A DNA stretch of 52,433 bases from Octopus bimaculoides. Its lineage: Eukaryota. Below, piece by piece: positions 1 through 12,127 of this stretch; position 1 is the first letter of the stretch, and every line of letters starts with the position of its first letter. A model generated the notes under the pieces. That model did no database searches. It saw nothing but the letters and a program-made list of their open reading frames with translations, and was not told where the DNA came from. The translations under genes were made by a program, and so were the position numbers. The stretch is from the NCBI RefSeq assembly GCF_001194135.2, contig NC_068982.1, forward strand, positions 142,829,322 to 142,881,754. The letters are read 5' to 3'.

Positions 1-171
1 ACAAAGAAAAATTCGAAAATGTAAAAAAAAAAGGGTTAGAGAATATAAAGAGAAAAAACTAGGGTTGAAGTGTAAAATTCAAAATACAAAGTATGGGGAA
101 CAATTATAATAGTAGTAATATAATTATAATATAGTATTATATAATGTAATAGTAATAAAAAATAACAACAC

Positions 172-178
172 TAATAAC

Positions 179-230
<52 letters not shown>
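172..230. repeat. (TAA)n microsatellite
   Basis: Direct: near-perfect taa run; explains the poly-Leu ORF 124..339. Confidence 0.95.
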
Positions 231-231
<1 letters not shown>

Positions 232-319
232 AGTGGTTTGAAAAGGTACATTGATTAGAAAAATATTGTGATTGGGAAGTTTCGGCTTATCTATTTGTGT
301 ATTCACAGAGGACAGAAAC

Positions 320-500
320 AATGTCAGAATCGTTAGCATGCTGGACGAAATACTTAGCGGTATTACTTCCGTCGTTACGTTCTGATTTCAAATTACACCG
401 TGGTCGACTTTACCGTTCATCCTTTCGGGGTCGATGTAATCCATTAGTGTCATCACCACAGATTGTAGGCCTTGTGCTTCCATTAGAAAGGATTATTATT
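320..500 (+). mobile_element. tRNA-derived SINE, family B (diverged copy)
   Basis: cagaatcgttagc head, ttcaaatt B-box remnant and ttcatcctttcggggtcgat central block shared with copies at 27870, 37867 and 38080. A second partial copy follows at ~541-668. Confidence 0.75.
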
Positions 501-2914
501 ATTATTGAGCTCGCCATGATCACCATTATTACAAAATAATTAGTAACATTTCTCCCAGCTCTTTACGTTTTGATTTGAAATTTCACCGTGGTGGCCTTTG
601 TTTTACATCTTTTCGGGATCGACAAAATTAAGTACCCGCAATTAAGTACCTGATATCATCGACCGAGTCAGTAGTAGTAGTAGTAGTAGTAGAAGGCGTT
701 GCGTATGTGAAAAATAAGGGACTGTTCTGAAATGTTTGGCCATGGACTTACACAAATGTATGAGAATTGTATTGAAATGGAGAAGCATACTAATATAAAT
801 TTTTTGCCATTTGCTTACAAGGCTTCAAACTGTGATAGGTGTGAAGGAGGAGTGAATCCCATTTCCTGTTATAAACATTCAGAAGCAATATGTCAACCAT
901 AGCGTTACTGTATCGTAATGGTGCTCACAACTATAGTAAATCAATAGCCAACACATTGTTCATTCTAAAGTATTGCTTGGTCACCACGGATCAATCAAAT
1001 ACTTCTGTGGTTTTGCTGTCTAACAATTAATATATATATATATANNNNNNNNNNNNNNNNNNNNNNNNNNNNNNNNNNNNNNNNNNNNNNNNNNNNNNNN
1101 NNNNNNNNNNNNNNNNNNNNNNNNNNNNNNNNNNNNNNNNNNNNNNNNNNNNNNNNNNNNNNNNNNNNNNNNNNNNNNNNNNNNNNNNNNNNNNNNNNNN
1201 NNNNNNNNNNNNNNNNNNNNNNNNNNNNNNNNNNNNNNNNNNNNNNNNNNNNNNNNNNNNNNNNNNNNNNNNNNNNNNNNNNNNNNNNNNNNNNNNNNNN
1301 NNNNNNNNNNNNNNNNNNNNNNNNNNNNNNNNNNNNNNNNNNNNNNNNNNNNNNNNNNNNNNNNNNNNNNNNNNNNNNNNNNNNNNNNNNNNNNNNNNNN
1401 NNNNNNNNNNNNNNNNNNNNNNNNNNNNNNNNNNNNNNNNNNNNNNNNNNNNNNNNNNNNNNNNNNNNNNNNNNNNNNNNNNNNNNNNNNNNNNNNNNNN
1501 NNNNNNNNNNNNNNNNNNNNNNNNNNNNNNNNNNNNNNNNNNNNNNNNNNNNNNNNNNNNNNNNNNNNNNNNNNNNNNNNNNNNNNNNNNNNNNNNNNNN
1601 NNNNNNNNNNNNNNNNNNNNNNNNNNNNNNNNNNNNNNNNNNNNNNNNNNNNNNNNNNNNNNNNNNNNNNNNNNNNNNNNNNNNNNNNNNNNNNNNNNNN
1701 NNNNNNNNNNNNNNNNNNNNNNNNNNNNNNNNNNNNNNNNNNNNNNNNNNNNNNNNNNNNNNNNNNNNNNNNNNNNNNNNNNNNNNNNNNNNNNNNNNNN
1801 NNNNNNNNNNNNNNNNNNNNNNNNNNNNNNNNNNNNNNNNNNNNNNNNNNNNNNNNNNNNNNNNNNNNNNNNNNNNNNNNNNNNNNNNNNNNNNNNNNNN
1901 NNNNNNNNNNNNNNNNNNNNNNNNNNNNNNNNNNNNNNNNNNNNNNNNNNNNNNNNNNNNNNNNNNNNNNNNNNNNNNNNNNNNNNNNNNNNNNNNNNNN
2001 NNNNNNNNNNNNNNNNNNNNNNNNNNNNNNNNNNNTATATATATATATATATGAATATATATATGCATATACCTAGATAAATAGAGTTAAATGCAGGTGT
2101 TATTTAAATGTGGGTATATGTAAATATACAGATGTACACATTCGTGCCTGTGTTTGTGTGTGTGTGTGTGCTTGTGTATATATACACATACAAGTGTGCG
2201 CGCTTGTGTTTGTATGCACGCATTTACATCTACAAAAAATTATATATACATAAATAGATACGAATGAGTATGTATATGTGCGTGAACATATATGATTTCG
2301 TATGCGTGTGTATATGTTGAAGTAGGTATATGTCTCTATGTATGTGTGGGTACGTATGTGTGTATATATATATTCACAAACATACATTCTTTCTTTCTTT
2401 TCCTATTTATCACTAACCTATCACGTATATCTATTTATAGCAACTTGACTTCTTTATATTCTTCATTCCACCCCAAAATTTACTACCAAAACTGATAATT
2501 TCTTACATATCAACCCACCCTTATCTTCTTTCTTCATTTTCGATACCCATCCCTTTATGTAGCCCTACCACACCACCCCTACTCACATACATCACACTCT
2601 TTTACTCCTTACCTTCTCATCTCTTCCACTCCCTCTCCCTCTCCCTCTCACTTCTCCCTTCCTCTTATCATTTTTATCCTGACCACTAGCAAACACACTT
2701 TCTCTGATTTCGTTCCCTCTTTCTCCATTTCCTTTTGTGTCCCGCCCTTTTTCTTTTTTCTCTTAATCTTCCCATTCTCTCTTCCTATTTTTGATTTGAC
2801 CTATCTCCTCTTTCTAATCATACACATCTCTCCTCCCTCCATCTATCCATTAATATTACCAGCACATTCCCAAATTTTAATTCACACCAAAAAAGCCGCT
2901 CAATCGAACAACAC

Positions 2915-3190
2915 TGTTCACAAGCCTCTATGCTTAGAATGACCAAATATAACTACCAATGGATCTCACACACCAGGTACAAGAAACGTTTTCACCACAT
3001 GTATACACCATTCTACTTGAATAATGAAACTGCAAATAGAATATCCTTATGTATCTCACTTCTATATTCATTCTCTTACTTCCTTATGTATTTCATATCT
3101 TCTCTACACTAATTAATATTCAAACATTTTTTCGCACCGTCTCCGGTGAAGGGATATAAAATATCCCGGAAACAGCTGTAACACTTCTTT
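2915..3190 (+). mobile_element. Highly decayed Penelope-like element 3' end with degenerate hammerhead
   Basis: One frame reads HKPLCLE*PNITTNGSHTPGTRNVFTTCIH, resembling the C-terminal LCLxEK...LNxRxE...CxH of Neptune/Naiad-type PLE ORFs. It is followed by a hammerhead-like motif at 3139-3184. Confidence 0.4.
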
Positions 3191-3467
3191 ATGAATGTTC
3201 TAAAACCCATTTAAAGTACTGGATTTTTTACCTCATTCTCTCAATTTATATATATGCACGCCAATACATGATCCATGTTGGACTGCTCACTCGTATCATA
3301 TGAATATATATACATATAGACACACATATATATACATATATATACACACACACACACACACTACCTTTATACAGTAAGTTTTTAACTATTTTTTTAACGC
3401 GACTCTCTCTATTTCTATCTCCCCCTCTCATTCTTCCCTCTACTGTTCTTCGCCTCTACCTGTCACT

Positions 3468-3469
<2 letters not shown>

Positions 3470-3513
<44 letters not shown>

Positions 3514-4349
3514 NNNNNNNNNNNNNNNNNNNNNNNNNNNNNNNNNNNNNNNNNNNNNNNNNNNNNNNNNNNNNNNNNNNNNNNNNNNNNNNNNNNNNNN
3601 NNNNNNNNNNNNNNNNNNNNNNNNNNNNNNNNNNNNNNNNNNNNNNNNNNNNNNNNNNNNNNNNNNNNNNNNNNNNNNNNNNNNNNNNNNNNNNNNNNNN
3701 NNNNNNNNNNNNNNNNNNNNNNNNNNNNNNNNNNNNNNNNNNNNNNNNNNNNNNNNNNNNNNNNNNNNNNNNNNNNNNNNNNNNNNNNNNNNNNNNNNNN
3801 NNNNNNNNNNNNNNNNNNNNNNNNNNNNNNNNNNNNNNNNNNNNNNNNNNNNNNNNNNNNNNNNNNNNNNNNNNNNNNNNNNNNNNNNNNNNNNNNNNNN
3901 NNNNNNNNNNNNNNNNNNNNNNNNNNNNNNNNNNNNNNNNNNNNNNNNNNNNNNNNNNNNNNNNNNNNNNNNNNNNNNNNNNNNNNNNNNNNNNNNNNNN
4001 NNNNNNNNNNNNNNNNNNNNNNNNNNNNNNNNNNNNNNNNNNNNNNNNNNNNNNNNNNNNNNNNNNNNNNNNNNNNNNNNNNNNNNNNNNNNNNNNNNNN
4101 NNNNNNNNNNNNNNNNNNNNNNNNNNNNNNNNNNNNNNNNNNNNNNNNNNNNNNNNNNNNNNNNNNNNNNNNNNNNNNNNNNNNNNNNNNNNNNNNNNNN
4201 NNNNNNNNNNNNNNNNNNNNNNNNNNNNNNNNNNNNNNNNNNNNNNNNNNNNNNNNNNNNNNNNNNNNNNNNNNNNNNNNNNNNNNNNNNNNNNNNNNNN
4301 NNNNNNNNNNNNNNNNNNNNNNNNNNNNNNNNNNNNNNNNNNNNNNNNN

Positions 4350-4424
<75 letters not shown>
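3470..4424. repeat. (CT)n | gap | (TA)n(GA)n microsatellites
   Basis: Direct: simple repeats either side of gap 3514-4349. Confidence 0.95.
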
Positions 4425-4427
<3 letters not shown>

Positions 4428-5075
4428 AACCCCTCTCTACCAGCATTTTTAAAATTGTTCCAGATATGTTTATCGATAATTATTTTTGTCAGGTGGATTA
4501 AAAGATGATGTATTTCAAAACGTCATATTATTCATTTTTTAAATTATTGGGATGAACTATAATCACTCTTGTATTCGTAGTGCCTTGTTCATATGCGATT
4601 AAAACTGAAGATGACGGTGAATATATATATGTTCACTGGTGTGCCAAAAATTATCAAAGTTGATCCAGTTTTTACTCTATAAAGCAGCGTACAGTTAGTA
4701 AAAAGATACGTATAGATTTATTTTGTACACCCAAATAAGTTTGCTCGTTGTAAACTGAAGATCGGGTTTCAGGCCCATCGAGCGTACAATTCACAGAAAT
4801 TCAATCACTTTTTTATCCAACCTACAAAACAACCTTTTTGAAATGTTTGGAATATTTGCTGAATTTGAGCCATAGGTTACTTTTTGTTTTTTAATTGGAT
4901 GATCTGCTCTCTGTCTAGAAGCGGGAAACTGTGTGAATTGACTACAATACGATACTGATGCATTTATTTTATCGATCTTTTATAGGATTAGGTTGTGCTT
5001 GGGAGGAGACTTGAAATTTTATTTGCTAAATAATGAAAATTTTATTTATAGCAATAGTTATGTGGTAAGAGGCTG

Positions 5076-5465
5076 TAGGCGCAGGAGTGGCTGTGTGGTA
5101 AGAAACTTGCTTCTCAACCACATGATTCCGGATTCAGTCCCACTGCGTGGCACCTTGTGCGAGTGCCTTCTACTATAACTTCGGGCCGACCAAAGCCTTG
5201 CGAGTGGATTTGGTAGACGGAAACTGAAAGAAGCCCGTCATATATAGAGATATTTATGATTGTGTTTCTGTTCCGCCCCCCAACACCACCACCAACACTT
5301 GACAACCGATGTTGGTGTGTTTACGTACACCTAAATTATCAGTTCAGCAAAAGAGACCGATAGAATAAGTACTCACAAAGAATAAGTCTTGGGGTCAATT
5401 TGTTCGACTAAATGTGGTGCCGGAGCATGACCGCAGTCAAATGAGTGAAACAGGTAACAAAAAAA
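5076..5465 (+). mobile_element. tRNA-derived SINE, family A (near full length)
   Basis: A-box-like tggctgtgtgg; B-box-like ggattcagtccc; central gtggcaccttg..gagtgtcttctactata block resembling CORE/V-type SINE domains; 3' module ending gactgaaacaag-like. Homologous to 20934-21335 and 5952-6361. tRNA-derived SINEs (OK/OR1/OR2) are known from octopus; I cannot assign the exact family. Confidence 0.85.
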
Positions 5466-5951
5466 TCGTTTCAAGACTTGTATTTAGTCCTAGTATTCTA
5501 ATATTTCCAAAATAGTTTTAGGATATTACAATACATGTTGAGAATAAAATTCGATGGATAATAATTTTATATCATATACAAATGGTATACCGGTGATAAC
5601 GAATTATCGAAGATACGTCCAGTGATTCTCAAATGGGTTTCACAATACTCTTGGGAGTCCACATATGATTTAGCTGTCCACATATTATGTACAATAAATC
5701 GGTTGTAATTCTTTCAAACATATTTTAACGATTGTTTTTCATACAATTCCTAATAATAAATGATTATAGAAATATAATGGGATTTTTTAAAATAAACTTC
5801 AAATATTAATGGAGGTCCAGTAAAACGGAAATCAAAGCCCTAATGCAAAACAAAAATAGTCGAGTGCAAATGATATACGTATAATTACCGGACAATTATA
5901 CCTGCTCTATGTCCATATATTTACGCTAAACGATGGTTATGAATATTGTAG

Positions 5952-6361
5952 TTTACTCTTTTACTCTTTTACTTGTTTCAGTCATTTGACTGTGGCCATG
6001 CTGGAGCACCGCCTTTACGCGAGCAAATCGACCCCAGGACTTATTCTTTGTAAACCTAGTGCTTATTCCATAGATTTCTTTTTGCCGAACCACCAGGTTA
6101 CGGGGACGTAAACACACCAGCACCGGTTGTCAAGCGATGTTGGGGGGACAAACACAGACACACAGACATATACACACACATACATATACACATATATATA
6201 CATGTATACGACGAGCTTCTTTCAGTTTCCGTCTACCAAATCCACTTACAAAGCTTTTGTCTATAATAGAAGACACTTGCCCAAAGTGCCATGCAATGGG
6301 ACTGAACCGGGGAACCGAACCGTTCGTAAGCAATCTACTCACCACACAGCTACACCTGCGC
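5952..6361 (-). mobile_element. tRNA-derived SINE, family A (full length, minus)
   Basis: Reverse complement matches 20934-21335 along its length, including the internal (TA)(TG) tract. Confidence 0.9.
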
Positions 6362-8962
6362 GTATGTATATGTATATATATATGCATATGTATATATGTA
6401 TATATGTATATGTATATATGCATATACATATATATGTATATGCATATACATATACNNNNNNNNNNTACATATAAGAGGTCAGTATATGTCTGAGTGTATT
6501 TTTGTCTAAGTGTATCAAGAATTACGTGTGCATGCGTGTATGTATGTATGTATGTATGTATGTATGTATGTATATATGTGCATGCGGGGGTGGGTGTTTG
6601 TAAGGCTGTTGGCCACTGAAACCACGTTTTCAGTTATTGCACCATGACGTCAATCACAAAGACACATAAAACCAAACAGAACAAAAAATAACAAAGCTAA
6701 GATGTGAATTTGTCTTTGATGTTACGGTTTCCATGTATTATAAAGTAAATCGCAACCAATAAATCACATTTTCAAGTCAGAATAGCGACGTTTTGCGCCG
6801 AATCTAAATGCTACCTATAATACTGTAATGCGCCTTACCGAAATTATGTATTCGCGTCTATATATATATGTGTGTATGTTTGTGTGTGTTCTGTGCGTGT
6901 ACATACACGCGCATATATAAATGTGTTCTTCTGTATGTGTGTGCGTGTTTGTATGAAAGTATTTCGTACGCATTTATTTCTTGGCATCAAATCGTATTCT
7001 ACCTTAGAGGTTAAAATTCTGCTGTTTATATACTGGAATATGTTATTAACCATAATATTCTAATATCTATAAACAAATGACAAACGTCTGCCAATATCAG
7101 AATTGATTCTCATCTATTTCTTTCCTGCTTTTTACACTGTCCAGAANNNNNNNNNNNNNNNNNNNNNNNNNNNNNNNNNNNNNNNNNNNNNNNNNNNNNN
7201 NNNNNNNNNNNNNNNNNNNNNNNNNNNNNNNNNNNNNNNNNNNNNNNNNNNNNNNNNNNNNNNNNNNNNNNNNNNNNNNNNNNNNNNNNNNNNNNNNNNN
7301 NNNNNNNNNNNNNNNNNNNNNNNNNNNNNNNNNNNNNNNNNNNNNNNNNNNNNNNNNNNNNNNNNNNNNNNNNNNNNNNNNNNNNNNNNNNNNNNNNNNN
7401 NNNNNNNNNNNNNNNNNNNNNNNNNNNNNNNNNNNNNNNNNNNNNNNNNNNNNNNNNNNNNNNNNNNNNNNNNNNNNNNNNNNNNNNNNNNNNNNNNNNN
7501 NNNNNNNNNNNNNNNNNNNNNNNNNNNNNNNNNNNNNNNNNNNNNNNNNNNNNNNNNNNNNNNNNNNNNNNNNNNNNNNNNNNNNNNNNNNNNNNNNNNN
7601 NNNNNNNNNNNNNNNNNNNNNNNNNNNNNNNNNNNNNNNNNNNNNNNNNNNNNNNNNNNNNNNNNNNNNNNNNNNNNNNNNNNNNNNNNNNNNNNNNNNN
7701 NNNNNNNNNNNNNNNNNNNNNNNNNNNNNNNNNNNNNNNNNNNNNNTATATATATATATATATATATATGCATCTATATATATATGTGTGTATGTTTGTG
7801 TGTGTTCTGTGCGTGTACATACACGCGCATATATAAATGTGTTCTTCTGTATGTGTGTGCGTGTTTGTATGAAAGTATTTCGTACGCATTTATTTCTTGG
7901 CATCAAATCGTATTCTACCTTAGAGGTTAAAATTCTGCTGTTTATATACTGGAATATGTTATTAACCATAATATTCTAATATCTATAAACAAATGACAAA
8001 CGTCTGCCAATATCAGAATTGATTCTCATCTATTTCTTTCCTGCTTTTTACACTGTCCAGAAATAAACGCTTTTATCAATATATCAATTACGTGTATATT
8101 TGCGATATATGTATATATGCGTGTATATATGTGATATAAATATATGTGTGTGTGTGTGTGTGTCTGCGTGTGTTTTGCTGTGATTGTATGTACGTCTGTC
8201 TGTCTAGCCTCACACAAATCGACAAACTTATGTGTGTGCGTATGTTTTGCTGTAATTGTAGGTACATAAGTCTATATAACCTCACATAAATTGACAAACG
8301 ATTGTGGGTGTGTGTATGTGTGTGTGTGTTTATACTTATTTCGTTTTACGTCATCATGGTTTTAGTGTTAACTTCTTTTTTTTTATCCAAGAGCAATAGA
8401 CAGTAGAAATTATTTAATCTAAATTCTACTATAATATACAGACCACTTTAAAATGGACATCCCTTTACGCAAAATATACAGCAGTTTAATTTTTTCTCAG
8501 CATCAATTCAACAAAGCTATTTGACTTCTGTTGTGTTTTCTAATAGCTTTCTTCCTAAAGATTCCTTAAAATAACAGCAGGCTCTTCTTACATATAATGA
8601 CATTTTTAGAAAGCGCTCGACGCGAGAAAAGAGTAATCTAAATATTAATTGTAAAGCTTTGTATAACTTTACAAATTGTCCACAAGTGATTTAAAACTTT
8701 CATAACAACAAATCATATCCATTATAAACAGATCGCAAAATACCACTTCAATATTAAATGCTATAACCTAATGGAAATATAGCGCAGAATTGCATCCTTC
8801 ATTTTTATATAATAGAATTAAGGCAAGGTCGCATACTGGAGTGTATCACGAAACAATAGTTATATATGAATCAGCACTTAATATTTGTGGTTCTTAGAAT
8901 GTAAAGGTTTATGTCATATGTTTTGGTATATGAACATGAAAACTTCGCTTTGAATCTTCATG

Positions 8963-9435
8963 GCATCGGGTTCAATCCCACTGGGTGGCACTTTAAGCAA
9001 GTGTCTTCAATTCTTCTGCTATAGCCCCGGGCTAACCAATGCCTTCGCCGCAGTTAAATGACTGAAATAAATAAAAGAATAAAAGTACACACACACACAC
9101 GCACGCGCACACACACACACACACACACACNNNNNNNNNNNNNNNNNNNNNNNNNNNNNNNNNNATATATATATATGTATATATATATATGTATATATAA
9201 GTGTGTGTTTGTGTGTGCGCAATATATCTTGTATATGTATGTTTCTGTGTGCCTGTGTTTGTCCCTCACGCCGGCTCGATAGTCATTATTGATCTATGTA
9301 CGTATTCTTAAATTATCGCTTCGACAAAATAAACTGATAGACTAAGAAATAAGTTCTGGGGTCGATTTGTTTTCACGAAACCCTTCAAGGAGGCTACTTT
9401 GTATGTCTGCAGTTCTGTGACTGAAAGATGAAAAA
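8963..9435 (+). mobile_element. SINE family A, old fragmented copy with expanded internal microsatellite and gap
   Basis: gggttcaatcccactgggtggcactttaagcaagtgtctt (5' core) at ~8968 and ctggggtcgatttg...gtgactgaaa (3' module) at ~9355-9425. Confidence 0.65.
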
Positions 9436-10683
9436 CGAATATAATAAATAGAATAGGATACATAGTCTCTATGATACAGGAATTCCTACGAAAATGTTGT
9501 GTCGCGGATTATTTTGCTACTAAAGAGTTACCTATCGTATCACATGTAAACTAGAAACTTTACTTTTGCTACCATGAGAAATAACATGAAATATAGCAAA
9601 CATACAATAATAATAATTTTACTTTTACTAAATTTTTTGGTACTTATACAAAGTGACAAAATAAATAATACTAATTTTCAATAGAAAATATATTCATTAC
9701 CTTAAAACAAAATTAAATAAATTGAATTATGTCATTTGTATATTTGTAATAAATTTATGCAACTGTTTTTCTAAATTTTATGAACATAGTCTCATCGAAA
9801 ACTTTTCTCAGTAAAAATAAATTTAAAAATTGAATATTTTTCATGTTATAGGTCATTCATTTTGCATTTATGTAGACTATCACTGTAACTCTCTTAGACT
9901 TTCTCTCTCTTTCTGTATCTCTCTGTATCTCTCTGTATCTCTCTTAAAGTCTCTCTCTCACACACTCTCTCTCTCACTCTCTCTGTCTTTGTCTCTCTCC
10001 CTCTCTCTCTCACACACACACTCTCTCTCACTCTATGTTTTTTTAGATTCTCTCTCCCTTTCTCTATACGATGTGAAGCGTAACTGGAGACATCAGCCAG
10101 CCAGCCAACGAACAACTATCATTTTTTATCGGTTATTATTATATGGAGATGTCCAATACTTAAGTCTTCCGTAATAATTTAGTTTCCAGTGAAATATATT
10201 TGCTCAGGAGAAAATGTAACGAAGTCATGTATGGGCTGTGGATTGCTAAGTGCAGTAAGCTAACGAAATCATTAAAAGGTCGTAGAAAATGGTTTACAGT
10301 AATTAATTGTGACTCTGTAATTTTTTAACCCCGCTCAGTTGCGTTTTAATCATCATCTTTTCGAGTTCAATACCAAGCATGTCGATATAAGCAATGACTC
10401 TATTCTCTATTCTAGGCCCTCAAAAAAAAAATACTTGGGTTCCTAAGCTAGTGCTTGAAACTTTTATCAACACCATATTGACATAGGTTCTTCTGTAGTA
10501 GCAGAACCATTAATCTTTAGCTCGCTGGTATTTGGGGGCAGTCCTTTACTTTATCGGCTGAAACTAAAGATACATGAATTTCATTCCCATTCATCCTTCT
10601 GAAACTTTCTGCTACTTTGGTGTCAAAAATAAACCTAGCCATCGTCAGCTACTCCCTGCATGGTTTTGTTTTTCCTGCGCCAT

Positions 10684-11160
10684 GGTCATCATCATCGTCA
10701 TCATCAACACCACCGCCGTCAACACAATCGTCATTATAATAATTGCTATCAACATTATCTTTGTCATCATCGTCATCGTCGTCATTACGAACACCACCAC
10801 CATCACCATTATCACCATCATAATTATTATCAATGTCCTCTTCGTCGTCGGCATCATCATCATTATCGACACCATGACCACCACCACAACCACCATCACC
10901 ACCATCGTCATCATCAGCAGCAGCACTTTATTCCATCCAGCTTCCCTTTCTCGTATATTACTCTCGCGTAGTTCTGTCTTTTCGTCCCTATCATCATCAA
11001 AATCAACCACATTAGGTACATTTGCGACCTCCACCACATCATCCTCATCTACCATGCCATAATCATCTTCACATCTTCATTCTCTTCTCCTTCTTTATAT
11101 TACTATTCTCATTATTCTCATTATTATTTTTTCTTCTATTGCTCCTCCTCCTCCTGCTCT
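10684..11160. repeat. Degenerate trinucleotide low-complexity tract (cat/cac/tca/tct)
   Basis: Direct; produces overlapping poly-I/T, poly-H and poly-M/V ORFs on both strands. Confidence 0.85.
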
Positions 11161-11751
11161 TTCGTTCAATAGTGATTATTTGATATTCTACTTGTCAACA
11201 ACTGATTCACTTCCAGTTTTCAATAGATATCAATCTGTATTTGAAACTGGATGAAATTAAATACATTGTCAATAATTCAGTCTTGTCTTGCGACCGTTGA
11301 CTGCGTATAGTCATGAAACGCATTCTAATCTCTCTGATGTAACATCCCCAAGCTGTCAGATAACTATTATCGGATGAAGTAAACTTAGACAAAATTATTA
11401 TAAAGTTTTCAATTGTGCGGAAATAGAGAAATACCTTCATTATGTCTTGTAACTTAATGTAATTTCATAGATACCTTCGGAATCATTGTATATCAAAGAA
11501 AATATAGAGCCATAAAGAGAAACTTACATGGTTATTTCAGATGTTAGAAATAGCAGACAAATTTTAACATAAACATTTTTTTATAAGCGCAAAAATAAAG
11601 AAACGCATTCATTACATCGCGTAACCTAGTGTTTTAATTTCTGATGTATGAGCTATCAATGCTGTATAAACAACGAAATATCGCATGAAGTTAATAAAAA
11701 ATGCCTCTATGTGGTCACTTCAAGTATTAGAAATAGCAAACAAATTCAATA

Positions 11752-11935
11752 TTGGTTTCAAATGTTTGGCACAAGACCAGCTGTTTCAATAGAGGGAACA
11801 AACCAATTACACCGACCCCAATTTTCAGCTGGTACACTTTTGATCGACCCTGATCGGCAGCATCTGAACTCAGAATATAAAATCGAAAAAAATGCCTCAA
11901 AGCATTTTACTCTGCACGGTAACGATTCTGCTACT
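11752..11935 (-). mobile_element. SINE family B, diverged (minus)
   Basis: Reverse complement begins gtagcagaatcgttaccgtgcag and ends cttgtgccaaacatttgaaacc, like the tail of 38080-38293. Confidence 0.7.
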
Positions 11936-11946
11936 GAATTCGTGTG

Positions 11947-12127
11947 AAGGCGGTGAGCAGTCAGGATCGTTAGCACGCCGGTGAAAATGCTTAGTGGCAT
12001 TTCGTCCGTCTTTACGTTCTGAACTAAAATTCTGCCGAGATATACTTTGCCTTTTACCATTCCCGAGGTTGATGTAATCGACAAGCCCCCTTCTCAAAAC
12101 ATGATGTGTGTCAACATTTGAAACGAG
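11947..12127 (+). mobile_element. SINE family B (plus), head-to-head with previous copy
   Basis: aaggcggtgagcagtcaggatcgttagcacgccggtgaaaatgcttagtggcatttcgtcc matches heads at 27870 and 37867. Confidence 0.8.

Noticed and set aside
5620-5871. Possible hAT-type MITE starting cagtgattctcaaa, with similar sequence near 28880-28975
   Set aside because: The right TIR is too degenerate and I could not establish an 8-bp TSD.
6857-8062. Identical 290-bp direct repeat (6857-7146 and 7773-8062) with duplicated ORFs
   Set aside because: The copies flank a 600-N gap and copy 1 ends exactly at the gap. This is the classic unmerged contig overlap or heterozygous-microsatellite artefact. Read depth or long reads would settle it.
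10574-11062. Overlapping 162, 136 and 103 aa ORFs (poly-I, poly-M/V, poly-H)
   Set aside because: Stop-free by virtue of a degenerate trinucleotide repeat open in several frames on both strands; no domain or splice evidence.
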